From positions 4,836,001 to 4,900,000 of the forward strand of contig OU015568.1 in NCBI GenBank assembly GCA_907165135.1: DNA of 64,000 nucleotides, written 5' to 3'. This DNA comes from Oikopleura dioica (lineage: Eukaryota > Animalia > Chordata). The notes beneath the pieces were generated by a model. It was not told the origin of the DNA and did no database searches. It was given only the letters and a program-made list of their open reading frames with translations. Shown here piece by piece: positions 62,397 through 64,000 of this stretch (positions within the stretch are counted from its first letter, which is position 1; the number at the start of each line of letters is the position of its first letter). A program made the translations under genes and the position numbers.

Positions 62397-63534
62397 TTTG
62401 CCCTTGTCTTGAGCTCCTCGTCGAGTTAGGGGATCAATATTCGGGACTAAACTCATCAATTGGCGCAGATGCCAACTTGATGGATGGAGGCGCGAAGCGA
62501 GAAGAAGAAGAACTGGCGGTTTTTTCTCCTGGGCGCGGCCGATTCGACCGCAGCGTCGCGACCTCCGAGCTTCTAAAATTTCCACCATTTTTTTGCGAAA
62601 TGGTCAATTTTTGCTGAATTCGATTTGATGATTGATCGAATGCTTGTTATTCTTTGAAGAAGGGGAGAAATGAAAATACTAGAACGAAAAGATACGAGGA
62701 TCGAAAATGAGACACCAAAGGAGTGAGCAAAAAAGGAAGCGACAACAAAGAAGCGAATAAGAAAGTATTGTCCACCAGAGGAGTGATTCTGATGGATTGG
62801 TTTTGAAACAGCAATCTTATTGGCTCCAAAAATCATTTTTGCTCCTTTGGTGTCTCGTCGTATCTTAATTGTTCCTATTCTTGGTTTGTCCCGAATCGGG
62901 ACACCCGACAATGTTTTTTTGACAGTTAATAGTGAAATATGGCTTTCAAATTATTTTATCTTGTATATTAATTTTAAGCGTTTTTATCTTATATACCAGG
63001 TAATGCTCATATTAGAAGCTAATCAACGAAACGAAGTATCAAAAATAGATGATCAATTATAATCTTGATATCTTATGGTTTTTTTTCAAAATTTTTTGTT
63101 ACTAGAAAATCTCCTTGGTTTTTTCTTGGTAGAAATACTGACTTGATTTGTCATTTTTCTCAACAATACTGATGCAGCAACAGTGATGCAAATTTCAATT
63201 CAGAGAAGGTTAATTGGTTTTTCCAAGATTTTGTCATTATATGTCGAAATAACAGTTTCAGCTCACATTTTTCAATCTGCGGTTCAGAATTTCAGAGCTA
63301 ATGGCAAAGATAACAACCCTCAACTCAAAGATAATTACGCTAACCAAAGAGGAAGGAATTCCATCCGCGGTCGATTCTTCAGAATTTTACAGGCAAAATG
63401 TTCCTCATTTTACAATTGGAATTTCATTTCCCGAGTCATCATAGTGAACCAAATTCTTGACTTTTTCATTTTCGGAAACGTGTGATTCTAGAGTTTTCTT
63501 CTAGAGGTTTCTTGAAGGTTTCGGCTCGTCAAAC

Positions 63535-63748
63535 CCTGAGTCAGAGGCTCTGACTCAGAGCCTGGAAAACCTTGAATGGAAAGCCGCGTAGCGGCTTTTT
63601 TTTTTAAACAAAGCCGCGAAGCGGCTTCGCCAAAATAACCAAAAAAAAAGGAATGTTGATTTTGGCGAAGCCGCTTCGCGGCTTTATTTTCGAAAAAGCC
63701 GCTACGCGGCTTTTCATTCAGAATCTTCAAGGCCCTGAGTCAGGTTTT
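63535..63748. mobile_element. CCTGAGTCAG-family element with four AAGCCGC-N3-GCGGCTT dyads
   Basis: Dyads at 63581, 63611, 63668, 63696 between CCTGAGTCAG motifs. Confidence 0.7.
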
Positions 63749-64000
63749 AAGCCAAAGTCATGTTTCTTGATCAGAAGGAGGAGCATCAGAGGGCTCTTGA
63801 GCTTCAGAGGATGATCAATTAGGATAGGATGTCAGCAGGAGATAAGAAAACGTCGTCTCCCGCGGAGAAGAAGTGCAATAAATCGCCGCCGCGGTCGGCA
63901 TAAAATCGGCCTCGACATAAAGTGGATAAATTGTGCTGCAATTGCAGCAGCTTCTGGGACGCATTGATTTACAATCACACGCAGAATAGAAAAAGAATAG

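Overview
Eukaryotic, gene-dense DNA with mostly ~35-55 nt introns and several non-GT splice donors (GA, GC, probably GG). Together with the lineage-type secreted families, this points to the appendicularian tunicate Oikopleura (inferred, not searched). About 19 spliced genes were reconstructed by eye. Recognisable ones: RAE1 (5'-truncated), a C45/acid-ceramidase-like Ntn hydrolase, an O-fucosyltransferase-family gene, a B4GALNT-like GalNAc transferase, cyclin D, prolyl 4-hydroxylase alpha, FBXO25/32, an SLC22 transporter, BPNT2/IMPAD1, a RING-HC protein and a catalytically dead PLA2-like protein. The rest are secreted or membrane proteins (mucin-like, TSP1, Kelch-like, Cys-repeat, Sushi-like). 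Introns and intergenic DNA carry many short non-autonomous DNA transposons (hAT-, MULE-, pogo- and Kolobok-like termini, foldbacks). The most striking observations are three. (1) Two independent MITE insertions, each with an exact TSD, lie inside coding exons and carry internal canonical splice sites that would restore the reading frame (candidate intron gain by MITE). (2) A Gla-EGF-ZP transmembrane protein, i.e. a candidate vitamin K-dependent ZP protein. (3) A tandem trio of intronless small secreted peptides with a shared motif. No rRNA, tRNA, CRISPR or autonomous transposase was recognised. Exon boundaries are manual and unverified by transcripts.
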